The position numbers and the translations under genes are program-made. From Podarcis cretensis (lineage: Eukaryota), in contig OX638150.1 of the NCBI GenBank assembly GCA_951804945.1, forward strand, positions 82,088,001-82,152,000: 64,000 nucleotides of DNA, read 5' to 3'. Numbering within the stretch: the stretch's first letter is position 1; the number at the start of each line of letters is the position of its first letter. A model generated the notes under the pieces. It was given only the letters and a program-made list of their open reading frames with translations. It was not told where the DNA came from and made no database searches. Shown here piece by piece: positions 36,977 to 50,561 of the stretch.

Positions 36977-39312
36977 ACAAAAATATATCTGCAAACATAC
37001 AAAATTTTCAATGAAAAATGCTTATTCTTAAACATTTATGCAATAACTTAATATTTGCCAGTATAATAAGATGGCACAAATTACATACCCATATACTGAA
37101 ATGTTAATGAAGCATTATGGTGACAGTTTTAAAAGTTGCTCAAATGCTAGTGGGCACAATCCAGGCCACCACAGGTGCAGCGCCAATATGTAGAGGATTC
37201 CAACAAGTTCAATATATATCAGCTCCCAATACCCCCACCTATATATGTGCGTAGAAGGATGAATAACTTCAACCAAGCAGTCAAGGACTACGAATATGAA
37301 TGAGACGCGCGTACAAAAGTTCCATTCCTCTTCCTATCGGTCTCTTGTACTTCCTATGTGCCCACAAAAAATGGGGAAACAGGGCTCTATTGATCCTCTG
37401 AGAATCATTCAGGTGTGAATGCTGTGCCTGTGGAACAGGACCATGCCCATTGTTTTCCTAAAGTAATCACTTAAAATCCAAAAGATCGGAAGCACCTCAA
37501 ACTCTTGATATGCATGCGAGTGCAAATTAAAGCGCTAAACCCAAACACTGAGTGTAGTGTGCATTTTAAACAGAGAACCACCATGTGCCCACAATGTTAA
37601 ATTGGTACAAAAACAAACCACAGGGGGAATATTATTGCAAATGTTTCCCACTTAAAGTGAAGATATTGCACCTTTAACATGTTCACGAAAGATGTCCAAA
37701 ACTGAGGTGAAATATATATTGCACACATTCCTCTTTTTTAAAGATATGCTTAAGAAGCAACTCATGTTAGCCAACAAGAGGTGGCTGGGTTTTTGTGTCA
37801 GACCACTCCACATTAAATATATTTCCTGGAAAGTTCCACACTAATTATACCCGTGCCTAAACATGGCATTGGTGGAATGCCCTAAATTCAAGCAAAAGAG
37901 AACTACGGGGGTGGGGTGGGGAGATACGATTTAGTATGCCTGAAACATGATTATACTCTCTGGCTTAGATCCAAAGTTCCAGGGAGTGAAATGTCACTCT
38001 CAGAAGATGGAAACACTTCCTTTCTACCAAAACTACTCTGGAGGGCTGAGGAGCCTTCCAGAAAACTGAAGCGGCATGGGGGGAGGCAAGGAGGAAGTAG
38101 GGATCTGCAAGATCACCTTCCCCCTTTCCTTCAGCAACATTTGTCCCTTCCACAGAATGAGCTTTTCTGTTCATGGAAGAAATGTTGAATCCAACCCCAT
38201 GTCAGAATAAGACATGCTTTTACTTGTCATACTGTCATATTGTGCCTTAGCTCTTAGCAGACTGTTAACATTTTGCTGGGTGTGTCACAAATACAGAGTT
38301 GCTAGGCACATTTTTAACAAAACATTGTTAATGCAACAGAACAAAACAGCAATGAGTTCTTATTGAGTAAGCTGCTTGTTTTAAAGTCACTTTTGGATGG
38401 ACAAATATTAAGCAATTTTTAATAAAATGCTGCATATAGGCAACGAAAAAAATACATGCTTAAGATACTGAATATTGATTTTAGGACAGTCTAAAATCAT
38501 ATGTTTGCTTGTGGGAAATAATACCTTGCTAAAATATAAGCTTGAAAAGAATGGCCCAAGTCGGTTAGCTATGTACTTGTTACTGTTGCATGCAGGTAAG
38601 AATAAAATGTTTCATTATAGCTCTAAACTTCTACAAGAGATTAAAAGACCAAATCGCACTGAGAACAGAACTATTGTAATCATTCAACTTAAAGAACTTA
38701 ATTCCATTAATTTCAATAGGTTTACTCTGAGTATGATTACTGTTGGATATGACCGTATGTAATCAGGCTAAAGCTGTCCAGTGATTTCTGCATTTTGTAA
38801 GCATCTGTGATTTTTACCTTGCAGCAGAGTTTTGTTTTTCAAAGCAATTCTTAAAATGTTTGGTTTTGTTTCGTTTGTTAACTTCTCACGCTGCAAGAAG
38901 CAACAAAAGCAGAATGATGCTTTGTATTGCCTAGCTTGCCTGTGACCTCCCAGCTTGAGCCTGCTACATACACAAATGTTGTTAACGACGTGTGTAAGAT
39001 CCTAGGTTAATGCAAATCTACTGACAAAAAAAAAAAAAAAAAAAAGATTCAACTTTCTTCTAGCTAAGGGAATTCTCTTTGGAAGCAGAGAACTATTTAT
39101 TGATGCTGCACATACTTCCATCAGTTGAGAACTCTGACCTGCCAAGCTACCAGATGAGGTTTCTAGGGAATTACAATGCAAAATAGTAAACAGGAGGACG
39201 AAGTGTACTGGGACAAATACAGTGATGCTGTCTGAAGCAAAACTCTCTCTCACTAACCCCTTGAAGTCACAAAACAGTAATGGTACATTCAATATAAGGG
39301 AACCCTTTATAG

Positions 39313-39434
39313 CAGGGGTAGCCAACGTGTCCCCCAGATGTTGGATTACTATTCCCCCTCAGCCCTACCTGGTATGGTCAGTGGTCAGGGAGTTGCAGTT
39401 CAACATCTGGAGAGAACCACACTGGCTACTTCCG
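39313..39434. mobile_element. Short hAT MITE inside DCP1A 3'UTR
   Basis: caggggtagccaac...ccagatgttgg...caacatctgg...ctggctacttccg inverted structure. Confidence 0.65.
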
Positions 39435-41539
39435 TTTCATTTCCACAGATATTTGGATACAATGCTTACTTTGACCATTGTGACCAAATTCAGCTCAATA
39501 TCGTTATTCCTCCAATATTATGCTTATGGCTAAGAAGGTTTTCTTCTTTCCATACACAATAATTAAGGACTGTTCTTGAGTCTTTATTATCTACAAACAC
39601 AGCATTATATAAATTTGGTTCAGGGGGTATGGTTAATACAGCCACTTAAAATAAACTGAAGAGTACTGCAGTGGCTTGCTTTCTGCCCCGCCCCCCGGAA
39701 AAAGCTTCATACAGAATAATTCTGTTTAAATAAGCAAGCATGTTTTTCTTGGTGCACATACATGGGTGTGCTATCAAAGGTCCAGCATTTAAGTAGAGCT
39801 CTCATGTTTCCTTTAAAAAAAAAAAAAAGTCTAGAAAGCCTGAAAAGCATTTGAGTTTTACCATTAAAGCCAAAACATTAGTCGAATATGCATATCACTA
39901 CTAACATATTTCCCTGAATTCTGCACATATATCTGATATAAAATACTATGTTTGCAACTAGAAACACTGAGTTCAAAGGCCGAAGAGGTTCTCTCAAAAG
40001 GCAGATTTTGCTAAACATAAAAACACCTACTTAAAATCACTCAAAATGAAGTACATATTTTGATTTTTTAAAAATCCAACACGCTATATATCAAAACACT
40101 GATTTGTGGTGGAATCATAATTAAAGCTTGGTAGATGAATTACAGATAGTATCTGCACCTTGAAGGGATCATCGTTACATTTAAATTTTAAGAGCAACAG
40201 GTACATTCTAATTCAGGACCTTTTCCATTGCAAACTCTACCAAAAGAAGGGGGCCTCTATAAGATCCTGGCTGTGCTTTTTATGAAGCCCTACTCATTTC
40301 AGTGGGTTGCACAGGAAACTGATTGTAATACATGGATCCTCCATTCCAGCAATGCTTTGACAAATAAGCAGTGTGTGTTGATCGGTTAAAAGGATTACAA
40401 AATTACCTTTCACAATATAAAACAAAGACCTTCTACTAAAAAACAAAAACCACCCCATCCTTTTAATATTAGTATTGCTTGAACATATTGAGATTTATGT
40501 TACACTAGAGTATTGCTAGCTACTATCACATGCCATAATGAAATAAATACAAGTCAAGGAGAGACCGATAGCAGCATATAAAACAACAAGGAGATCAGAG
40601 CAACTTCCTTTGGGAAGAAGTTTGATCTTTACAGTGGTAATGAAATCATAACCTTCTATGAGAACTCACAAAAACCTGCAAATGGAGGGAAAATATGGGG
40701 AGAAGAGCAGACTGCATTTGTTGTTTATGTCCCCATTTTTAAACACCAAAAACGAAATTATACACACTTCTCTGGGTTCCTTCGCATCTATGCTACAGGC
40801 AAACCTCCAAAATTTGCATTAAGCCTGGAAAGGACAATAAGGGGACCACAATGATGTTCCATCCATTTCTGTTTAAAAATTATTTGCTTGAAAATAGTAT
40901 CATTAACAAAATATAAGAACACTGCAAGTATTGTTAAAGGGGTATTTCATAATCCACCTTCATTTTGCCTTAGTAAAACATAGGGATGCATAAGCCAGTA
41001 CTGCATATTAAGGGAGTCAATTTGATGGTCAATACCATGCTGAGTCCATCCAGCTCTAAAAAAACCCCAGCATTTTTACAGTGCTTTCCACTGTTTCCTT
41101 CCAAACCTTAAAATTACATTCTGCATTCCATCCATGGCTCTTTAAATCAGAAGTTAGCTTCACAACTTGTTATCTTTACTCAACTGCCAAAGATGGCTTA
41201 GGCCACATTCACCCTAATTATTTAGATGTATGTACCAGAGGAAGAAAAATCAAAACAGTTTTTCATATTACTCTAAACCCACTCAAAAATAATGTGCTGT
41301 TAAACATGAAGACCATTTTCCGCATACAGAAATAAAAGCCTGCTGGTGATTGGTCACAGTGAAACCTAGATCACTTCTGAGAACATTAGTTACGCAATTT
41401 TAAGGGACAAGGTCTCCTTACTTTAACAAAACTTAAAACTTCAACTAAAAACAACCTTTAAAAATATTAACAGTTTCACAGAAGAGGCATAATTGTTTCT
41501 GAAACAATTAGGTGGTAAGTTGAACTGTATTTACTTCAG

Positions 41540-41620
41540 TTATAGTTTGATGCTGTCCGTATTCTTGGTCAAGACTTGTAAATAAACTTCATGAAGCGTA
41601 CTAAGAAAATTCGCATCGTT
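41540..41620 (-). CDS. DCP1A: DCP1A terminal coding exon 10 (NDANFLSTLHEVYLQVLTKNTDSIKL*)
   Basis: CAG acceptor; TAA stop at 41542-41540; C-terminal trimerization domain. Confidence 0.97.
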   Translation of the reverse strand, partial: NDANFLSTLHEVYLQVLTKNTDSIKL

Positions 41621-41775
41621 CTGAAGGAAAGAGAGGGGGGAACCATAATTAAACCAACGACAGAAATAATTCATTACTTTTTCCTACCCAATTCATTATT
41701 CTACACCTATTAACAAAACCTGTAAGTTTAGGAGTTGGGTAGGAGGCATGAAGGAGGAAGTTTAATAAAGCTATA

Positions 41776-42021
41776 CAGTGGTACCTAGGGTTACATACAC
41801 TTCAGGTTACATACGCTTCAGGTTACAGACTCCGCTAACCCAGAAATAGTACCTTGGGTTAAGAACTTTGCTTCAGGATGAGAACAGAAATCATGCTCCG
41901 GTGGTGCGGCGGCAGCAGGAGGCCCCATTAGCTAAAGTGGTGTTTCAGGTTAAGAACAGTTTCAGGTTAAGAACGGACCTCCGGAACGAATTAAGTACTG
42001 TACTGTACCAAGGTACCACTG
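41776..42021. mobile_element. Tc1/mariner (Tigger-like) MITE
   Basis: Same family as 6743-6968; TA TSDs. Confidence 0.88.
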
Positions 42022-44622
42022 TACTATCAATGATACATAGCTCAGAAATATCACTGAGCATATACAGTGGTATCTCTGTCCTGACCTTATGGGATAAATG
42101 TAACTGCCCAATTCAGTGCTCAAGGCTATTCCAGTGTAACTTGGTAACACTATCAAAATTCATTTGGGCTGTTTAGATTGTTTTCAACCTGAGGAAGCAG
42201 TATGGATTTTAAAATGAATTATTTCTACATTAAAGCCGGATCAATCTTATTTACAAGGGTACACTACTTGAAACCTTTTAGAAGGGTGCTTGCAAAGCAA
42301 CTAAGATAAGAAAAGGTAAAGTGAATGCGGAAGTACAGAGAAACAAAGAGAAGTGATGAAAACTAGTGACAGGGGAGTATTATGAATTAACAAATCCATG
42401 TTAAGTCTCAAAGTGACAGCTAATTAGGGAAACCTGCATAAGTGAATGCAACTGTACAAGAAGAATCTGAATTAGTACAGCAAGCACACTCTTAAAGACA
42501 AGAAGGCTCATTTGTTTTGGATGATAACTAAGAACCAGACAGGAATGAAATAAAAAGTCAGTATCTGCATATGTAGGATTTTACCTGCCTTGAGGTCTGG
42601 ATCACTATACTTTTCCATTTAGTCTCTTCCTGCATTTTGGGAATAGCCTGGGTTGAGTTAGGCAGGGCATTTTCACTATCTGACCTCCATGGACCAGCTG
42701 AGCTGGCATCATCATCATCATTGCCCAGGCCTCTACAAATCTACCTATACGCATGGCCTGGGACTTTCAGTGTTCCCATCATGTGAATTTGCACCTCAAA
42801 TTAAACATCAACAACAACAAACATCCTGTCAGTTATTCGTATTTCTGGTTCTTCATTGAAAAAAGATACCTTTGTGTACTAGTTGGGCAATTCTAAGCCA
42901 ATATATTCATGAAAATTAGCCAAACATAAAAGATGTGACCATTCGGTATTTTATGGCCTTATTCTAATGGGAATGTGAACCTAAAGTGCCATTTAGAAGG
43001 GTGAGGGCCTTTTGTAATGCCCCAACAGAGGAATCACCTCGCAGAAAAGGCTCGCCTCTCACCTATTGTAATATCTTTCCATAGTAAAAAAAACCCTCTC
43101 TTATTCTCTTAAGAATCGGCTATATTAATTCATTTATATCTACATTTAATGGAAACTTGGAACATGGTTTTAGTGAGGATGTGTAGTGGCTCTCCATTAC
43201 CGTTTTATTACTTGACTTTTAGCCTCTGCTCCAGCTGTTTTGTTTTACAGGGATTCTGTGCTGTCATTTGACTGGTGTTTTATTTGGACTGGTGTTTTAA
43301 ATTGTTTTATTCATTCATCACTTAAAGAACTCTAGTTATAATAAATGTAACAATCAGATGAGCTATGCATTTTGGATCTACATATAGCTTATGGAACATT
43401 GTAGCACTATTTTTTAATACTCCTCCACTGAAGGGAAGCGGAGTTTAATAATAATATTATCAACTGTTAACAAGGTCGGACATACACAAAGCAGAGAGCT
43501 GACTAAAGGTCAGAAACGGCATTTGTGAAGGTTTAAGACAACACAAAGCACATTCTCAAGATCACTGAAAGTGCTGCATGATTTTAATTACAAAGTAAAA
43601 TTGCTGACAGTTGACCTCTGTTCAAAGGGGCTCTTCTCCCCTCCATTCACAGTCAGCAAGTCTCTTTGTTTCACTTGCGGTTCTGACAGGGGAAAAGAAA
43701 CAGCAGGTTGTGCAGAAAAAAAACTACAAAGAAACAAAACAGAGGCCACAAAGCTGATTATGTGACCCGAGTACAGGCCCATTTTATTCCTAACAATTCT
43801 ATTACCAAAACACTAATTTCTGTGTCCTGTTATTTTTAGATCTGTACTCTGTATGCAAGACTTACTGATATCAGTATAGAAAGAACTAGAGAGCCCTGAT
43901 GTAGCACAAAGTTTTGTGACCCTGGTGATGACAAAAAGGGCAAAACAATCCTCTTAATGTAAGCCTGTCCTAGGTGCAAGATCTCTCTTTGTGATTCGCT
44001 GGATTTATTGGCACATTTGCAAAGCAGCCTTGCAGCTGAAGCCAATACATAACTAAAAAAACAATTTTTCAAGTCAGCCAGTGTGCTTTTGCTGCCTAAT
44101 ACGAGCATCAATGAATTCTCAAATATTTCATAACAGAATAAACTGAGAATGGCCAAGCCACTTGGAACTTCTAATGAACAAACTCCTGTGGTAAAGCAGG
44201 TTGATTTGTGATCTCCAACTACACCTTTGTAACCTATTTTTCTAAAGGTTTTCATGTATAAAGTCAAACATCTTCCATCTTTATTTTTCCCATCCTTCTG
44301 AACTTACAGATTAGATTCACTCAAAAGAAGTGAACTAAGGGAAGGTTGAGCAGTTCTTTAAAATGCAGACAGCACGTATTTCTTCCTCTGATTGTGAACA
44401 ATTTGGACAGTTCAAAAATCAGAACCTTCTACGTGCCCAACACATTTCAGGTGCCATGGCCACAGCAGACTTTTAAAACAAAATTTGCCACTTGGGAGGT
44501 CCTGATTATCCACTTTCCCCCTTCAGCTGTTATCATTTGGCTTAGAAATATGAACTCCAAATATTTCTGAATCAGTCCTGAAGTGCATACCTCTTGCCTC
44601 AAAATCCTTAGATAGAGAGATA

Positions 44623-44829
44623 CAGTCATACCTCCTTTTGCGTCCGGGATCTGTTCAACGAAAGAGACCCTCGACAAAGTGCCGCTCTGCGCATGTGCAG
44701 AAGTGTGATTTAGTGCTTCTGCATGTGTGTGAGCAGCAAACCCGGAAGCAACCCGTTCCGGTACTTCTGGGTTTGCCATGGATGTTCAGCAAAATGGACC
44801 CTAAACGGGGAGGACTCAGAACGAGTGTA
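44623..44829. mobile_element. Tigger-like MITE remnant
   Basis: TA-CAGTCATACCTC left end, CpG-rich interior with internal inverted repeat; right TIR degraded. Confidence 0.55.
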
Positions 44830-45098
44830 CTTGGAGAGTTGTCCTTGGTAGATGACACTTACGTTAGCATATTTAATAATAAATTGTGTTATTTAACTGA
44901 ATTAACAATTCTCATGTTTTTAAGGTTATCAACATCATTACCACTTAAAATACTGCTAACGGTTCTCTAGTTGCTGCTTTTATTGCTAAATGATCTAATA
45001 CACCTATCAGTGTTATTCCTCCTAACCTTCTTTATGGTACCCACTTATAATCAGCACTTTATTCTGAATCAAGAGTCCAAATGAGTCACTGACTGTAC

Positions 45099-45317
45099 CT
45101 TTATTAGATATATTAAGGTTTCTTGAAGCTGAGATCTAGTAAGAACTGTCGGAGGTAATGTTGGAACATCTACTGCTCCAAGAGTGAGAGGAGAAGAGGA
45201 ACCAACTTTGTTTTCGATGTCAGAGGACTTCATAGCTGACTGTTGGAACACACTAGGTGACAAGAGGACTGAAGGTGCCATTGTGGTTGTAGCTGCAGCA
45301 AACTGTGGGGAAGCAAC
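45099..45317 (-). CDS. DCP1A: DCP1A exon 9 (VASPQF...SVLLSPSVFQQS...LTRSQLQETLIYLIK), start of trimerization domain
   Basis: CAG acceptor, GTACAG donor, 219 nt. Confidence 0.96.
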
Positions 45318-46121
45318 CTGCAAAAACAAGAAATCAAATGAGATGGGGATGATTTTTTCCCTCATTTTTAAAGAACTATCTAAATATATTAAAGACTCTT
45401 CTGATATTACCTTTCTGGTACTGTTTGAAGTCCCAGTTAAAATAGCAGGAACCAGTGATGTAGCTCCTTGGCACACCGGCAAAAGAAGCGGCTGCTTCAC
45501 TGGCTCTTATGTGACCTGGGCGCTTCCAACATTATACAAGCTGCAGGGACTTGCATGCAGAAATGAAGCGGCTTAAGTTGAAAGGGCCTCACAAAAGCTA
45601 TGGATGCTAACAGTAACCAGTGTGACCAACCTGGATCACAACGCCATTCAGGAAATAATTAATAAACCCAAATTTTTATTCTGGCATACTGATGTGGTAG
45701 CTCAAAGAGAACTCTGTAGCAATTTACAGTAATATGGATAGCAGTACAATTGTTGATGCCTTCTTGGACTCTTTGTACCAGCATATAAACTCGATCTTAC
45801 AAAGAAATGAGAGATTACTAAAATGTGCTCTGGAAAAATTGGGCACTTTTATAGAGAGCAGCCAATTGCATTATTGTTTTATGAGCTACAAGGGAAAGGA
45901 TTGTTGGCTAGGCATATTTCAATTCTTGCAAGACCTGGAGGTCTCCAGAAGGAGTATACTAGTAAAGGAGAACTAGGTCATCCTAATTAATGGATAGGGA
46001 TCAGGATTCAAGACACATTGGGTTGTCAGCCTGGATGGAACCAGGTTTTGTTGAGAATTGGCCTTTGCACAAATCCAGACAGGGAAAGACACTCTGGTGA
46101 TGCAAGGATTTAAATACATAC

Positions 46122-46187
46122 TTGGCTTGCCTTTGGCAAAGCTTTGGGGTGTGAAAATGTTTCAAGCTCCTTGCTTTGCTGTGCAAC
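46122..46187 (-). CDS. DCP1A: DCP1A exon 8 (VAQQSKELETFSHPKALPKASQ)
   Basis: TAG acceptor, GTATGT donor, 66 nt phase 0/0; resembles the mammalian QQ..E.F..PK.L segment. Confidence 0.85.
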
Positions 46188-47132
46188 CTACAATTTTAAA
46201 GAAAGAAATACGTAGTATCTGAACAATCCAGCATTCTTCTTACATTTCCCCCTTTAAAAAATGCAAACACATACACATGCTATTACTTCATTTGTTAAAT
46301 AAGATACCTAAGGTAACCTATTATAAGAGTTTGTAACCAAAATTGTCAGTTACATACTGTACTACCCCTCACCGCATGGTTGCTTGGAAAGGTGAGACTT
46401 GGTCTTCCAGATTCAAGCACAGTTCTCTGACCATCTAGTCTCTACTAACATAATCAACAAATACTGTTTTGGCCGGATACAGAATTTCATCTGTATTGGA
46501 CCAAAGTGTTCTGATCAATACATCACTTTTAAAGAAAAACACTGAAAACCCAACATTGTTAAAAAATAACTAACTGCCTAGCCAGAACAACGTTATAAAG
46601 CACCCCTTACAAGACTAGTATCCAATACAAACGTCCAATTCACCCATTGGCAAGAAAGAAATTGTGTTGGCACTTTCAGACTCAAATAACATTGGGTAAT
46701 AACATGAGAACCGCTGCTAACAGCACTAACCTACCAATGTTTTTACAATCAACCTTATTGCTAAAGAAATCTACATATATTAATTTACTAGGAGCAGCAA
46801 CCCCTGCTCATTTTGCTCGCCCAAGCCATGCACCTCTGTTCCCCCCCCCCCCCACAGCTCGCCTAGGCAGCTCCCCAGCAATTGTCCTGCTCTGCTGCCA
46901 CTTCCCTCCGTGGCGTTCCATGCTGATGAGGCTGGAATAGCAAAAGCCATGAGAGGTGTGCAGTGGCAGCAGAGCAGGACAGCTGATGGGAAGCTGGTCT
47001 TCTGCAGCTCACCTGGGCTGCACTCCAACTGCTTGCTCCACCCACTTGCCTCCATACCTGGGCCTGCTTCTCTATTGTGAACAGCAGTGTGATAACACTC
47101 TAACCATTTCATTATACACTAGGAGAACTGAC

Positions 47133-47882
47133 CTGAACAGGTGGAATTGCTTTACCAGTCAGGGCTTGTTTGGTGTGGGATTCTTTGAAACGATCTGGGG
47201 TCGCCAGCTGGCTAGCGGCAGAAGAAGAGTTAGACGCTACTGGGGCTTTATTTGCCGACTGCTGCATAACATCATGTTGTGGGGTCAACCTGAGTTTTTG
47301 AAGGAGATCCGTATTTGCAAGCGGCATGTTCGAAGCGCTTTCTATACTGGTTGCAGCCAAAGATGTTAAGAATTGGTTCTGACAGGGAGTGATGTTCTGC
47401 GGACCGTGGTTCATATCAGACGGCTGCTGATTCACAAGCGGAGACATTTGCTTGGCAGCCTGCTGCATAACTTGCAGCATGTTATTGTTTGTGCTGCCGC
47501 TCTGAAGCATTTGCACACAGGGAGCTTCTGTGGCCAGAGTGGAATTAAGGTTAGGGCTTAGCTGCACGGCATAGTTTGAAGCTTTATTCACTTCAGGTTG
47601 TGGGGCAGAAGGTGAGGCAATCAGTAAGGGCGGCATACACTCCTGTGGCAATAAGGTACAAGAATTACTTTTGAAGCTTGAGCCATCCAGTTTCCCCAGA
47701 GGCTGATGGATCACTGTCGACTGCTCAAATGAAAAAGGAAGGAGCAAATTGTGCTCTCTGCATGAGGAGTCAGGCTTCTTGGTTCTCTCTGGATTAGAGT
47801 AGGAAACTGTACTGTGTTCCTTTGGAAATGATGTTCCAAATAACTCTTCCACTGTTAGGTGTTTTGGTATGGATGAGCACGG
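47133..47882 (-). CDS. DCP1A: DCP1A exon 7, low-complexity Pro/Ser-rich region (KHLTVEELFGTS...DLLQKLRLTPQHD...QLATP)
   Basis: TAG acceptor, GTCAG donor, 750 nt; overlaps ORF 47112..47852. Confidence 0.95.
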
Positions 47883-50561
47883 CTAGAAATAGAGAAAAAA
47901 AGAACAACCAGAAGCTCAGCTTAAAAGTCTCCAGTAAATTAGTGGTAGTGTGTAGAATTTAAAAGAGAACAGCTTGCTAAAAGTTGTAAAGCCATGCAAA
48001 AAACACATTACGGGCCATAGGTTTTATCAACAATATTTTTATACTTATGTGGCACAGTATGCTTGTATATCACGATGAAACAATATACGCTAACAGCCAG
48101 TTCTTGGAATCCCAATTGTAAGAGTTTGTTTTCCTACTGCTTTTCATTGTCTTTAAAATTGCAAAGCATTTTAATCTGCAAATACCTTTAAGGAGAGAAT
48201 ATTTATCAGGAGACTTAAAAAAATGATGGAGCCGTAAGCAGACTTGCCCCAAGAAGCTACTTATTTTCATACTCCTTCACCCATTCTGCACAGATATTGC
48301 CATCCTATCTCATGGCAGTCCAAATGATACTTCAAAAAATTATCAGTTTCGCCTCACAAATAAGTACTGGTAGTTCTTATTTGTAAAGATTGCAAACTAT
48401 AATAGATAAGTGCAAAAAAGGAGTTTAAAGTAGAAGTAAGCTCTGCACATGGGCATAGGAAGGAATGAGCTGCTAGAAGGCCAACAAAAGGGTATTGGGT
48501 TACTTTGCATGGCATGGTGTGTTACTGTACACAAGGCAGGGCTCCAGCATGGAGGAGAAATGGGGTTGTGTGTTATTACTGCAAGGATTTATTTGCTCCC
48601 TTTGCACAGAAGCAAATATTCATGGTGAGAAAATTAGCTCCCTGCCACTTTCAGAACTGCAAAACTCATTTATATCATAATTTTTTTGGAAGCCGTTTCA
48701 TAATACAATATAATAAAAGACAAACGAATCTAAATGAAAAGAAAAAGAAATAGCAACGTTCTCTCTCAAATAGATCTTAGCCCTTGTCTCACAGAGAATG
48801 GGGTTGACCCTTCCAGTTATCTCCTGAGAGATTCCCTTTCTTCCCTTCTCTGCCTCTCACACAGGGTCCTTCACCAGCCACTCATTACCTTCCATGTTTG
48901 TATAATCCCAATAATGGCCCAGAATAGAAGACACCAAAAAGGAAGGAAGGGAGGGAGAAAAGAGAATAATAAACGGAAAAAAGGTGGTGGAGAAAGAGAA
49001 ATAAAAAGGATGGGAAAAACTCCTGTGATTTAGAAGAGTAACATTTTAGAATCTTACAGCACTGGTTCACTTTAATCTTCAATTCCATACTAATAATTGG
49101 GGCTATGCACCCCAAACCCCATTAAGAGCCAAAAAGGCAGATAAGACTACTTCTGATCAACTGCATCAATTTAAAAATCGAAACATCCAACATCCTCCTT
49201 GTAGATCTGTGAAAAACCCTCAGTGGCTTCAGTAAGACAAAATGGCCCTAAAACCCCATTTCTAGAAGGAGACTCTCCAAGATTAAATTGTGCACCACTC
49301 CTTTTCCTCCATTAGATGGCACTATTAGCAGCCACAAGACCTACAAGACCTGCTCATCTTATTTCTTGCAACCAATTTTCTGTATTAGTATACAGTATCT
49401 TTCTTGGCTATCTGTCTCACTTCTTAGCCAAAGCTCCTGTTTAGTTGACTAATAAGCCTTACGATGTCCGATGAGGGCCAAAAGCTGGCCTAGGTGGTCG
49501 GACTTCCCTACTGTTGCTGTCAAAGCAACCTACAGAAGGGGCAGAATCCAATGGGCGCTGCCCATGTTTAGACATACAACAGAGTCATGAATGCTGCACT
49601 CACGGTTCTCACATTCTTCTTTCTAAGCTTAAAGCACCATGGAAAAGAAAAGTTCTAGTCTAGCCTGTTTCTCTTGTGTTAGGAACTCTTGTTTTTAAAG
49701 CAGCTGGGGAAGCTTGAGATCACGCCACCTGAGGCGGCCCCAACAAATATAATATGTGATTATTCAGCAGGTGTACTTCAACACAGAGGTCATCTATACC
49801 TTTAAAATGAAGACCCAGGGGTTGTTTCCAATGCTGTCCCTTCTGTACACAAAAGGCTCTTTGATCCAGCAGAAGAGGGGGTTTCTGTTTGTTTTGTTTT
49901 TGGCAAGTGATTTTCCATGTTGTTCTGGAGGGTCTCCAGAGGGAAGGGGGAAATCAGTGAAAATTATTTCCCACCCCCTTCTGTTTATAGAAGCCTCTGC
50001 TGGATCCAAACAGCTGCCTATGAACAGCACTGAATGCAATCTACAGAACACCATGTTCTGGTTAGAAGGACCTATAAACTCATAATGGTTGTTTCTAACT
50101 GCTGGCTCTGCACTGATGTTAAGCACTTCCACTTGCACAAAACATGGCCCCCAATTTTACTGATCCCTCCTACCCAGGACAAGTCCCCTATGCCCCTCAA
50201 AAGAGGACCCTCTGAAACACTATGGGATATAGCACAGAGGGCATCAATTGTTGGGGGGAATTGGTGAAAATGGAGTGCCTTGGCTCTCAATACTACCATT
50301 GGATACAACCAGTGCTTTTTTCCTTTAAAAATGTTAAGGAGTACTCTCATTTTGACTCAAGAAAAACACCATTTTATAGTTAAAATCAGGAAGAATAAAT
50401 ATAGTAAATGGATAAAAGGACAAAGATTCACAAAATGTTTAGCGGTATGCGCCCCCCTGCGTCCCCCCAGAAAAAAAGCACTGGATGCAACCCCATGATC
50501 CATTTATTATAAAGGTATCAAAACAGTACAGTAGTGTCACAGTGCTTTAAAATGAACATAC

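Larger units (their letters stand above)
36950..41539 (-). other. DCP1A: Putative long DCP1A 3'UTR (~4.6 kb)
   Basis: AT-rich, relatively TE-poor stretch between stop codon and a well-formed poly(A) site; 3' end approximate. Confidence 0.6.

Noticed and set aside
43836-44970. ORFs of 110-143 aa in DCP1A intron 9
   Set aside because: No domain features; partly overlap a Tigger-like remnant
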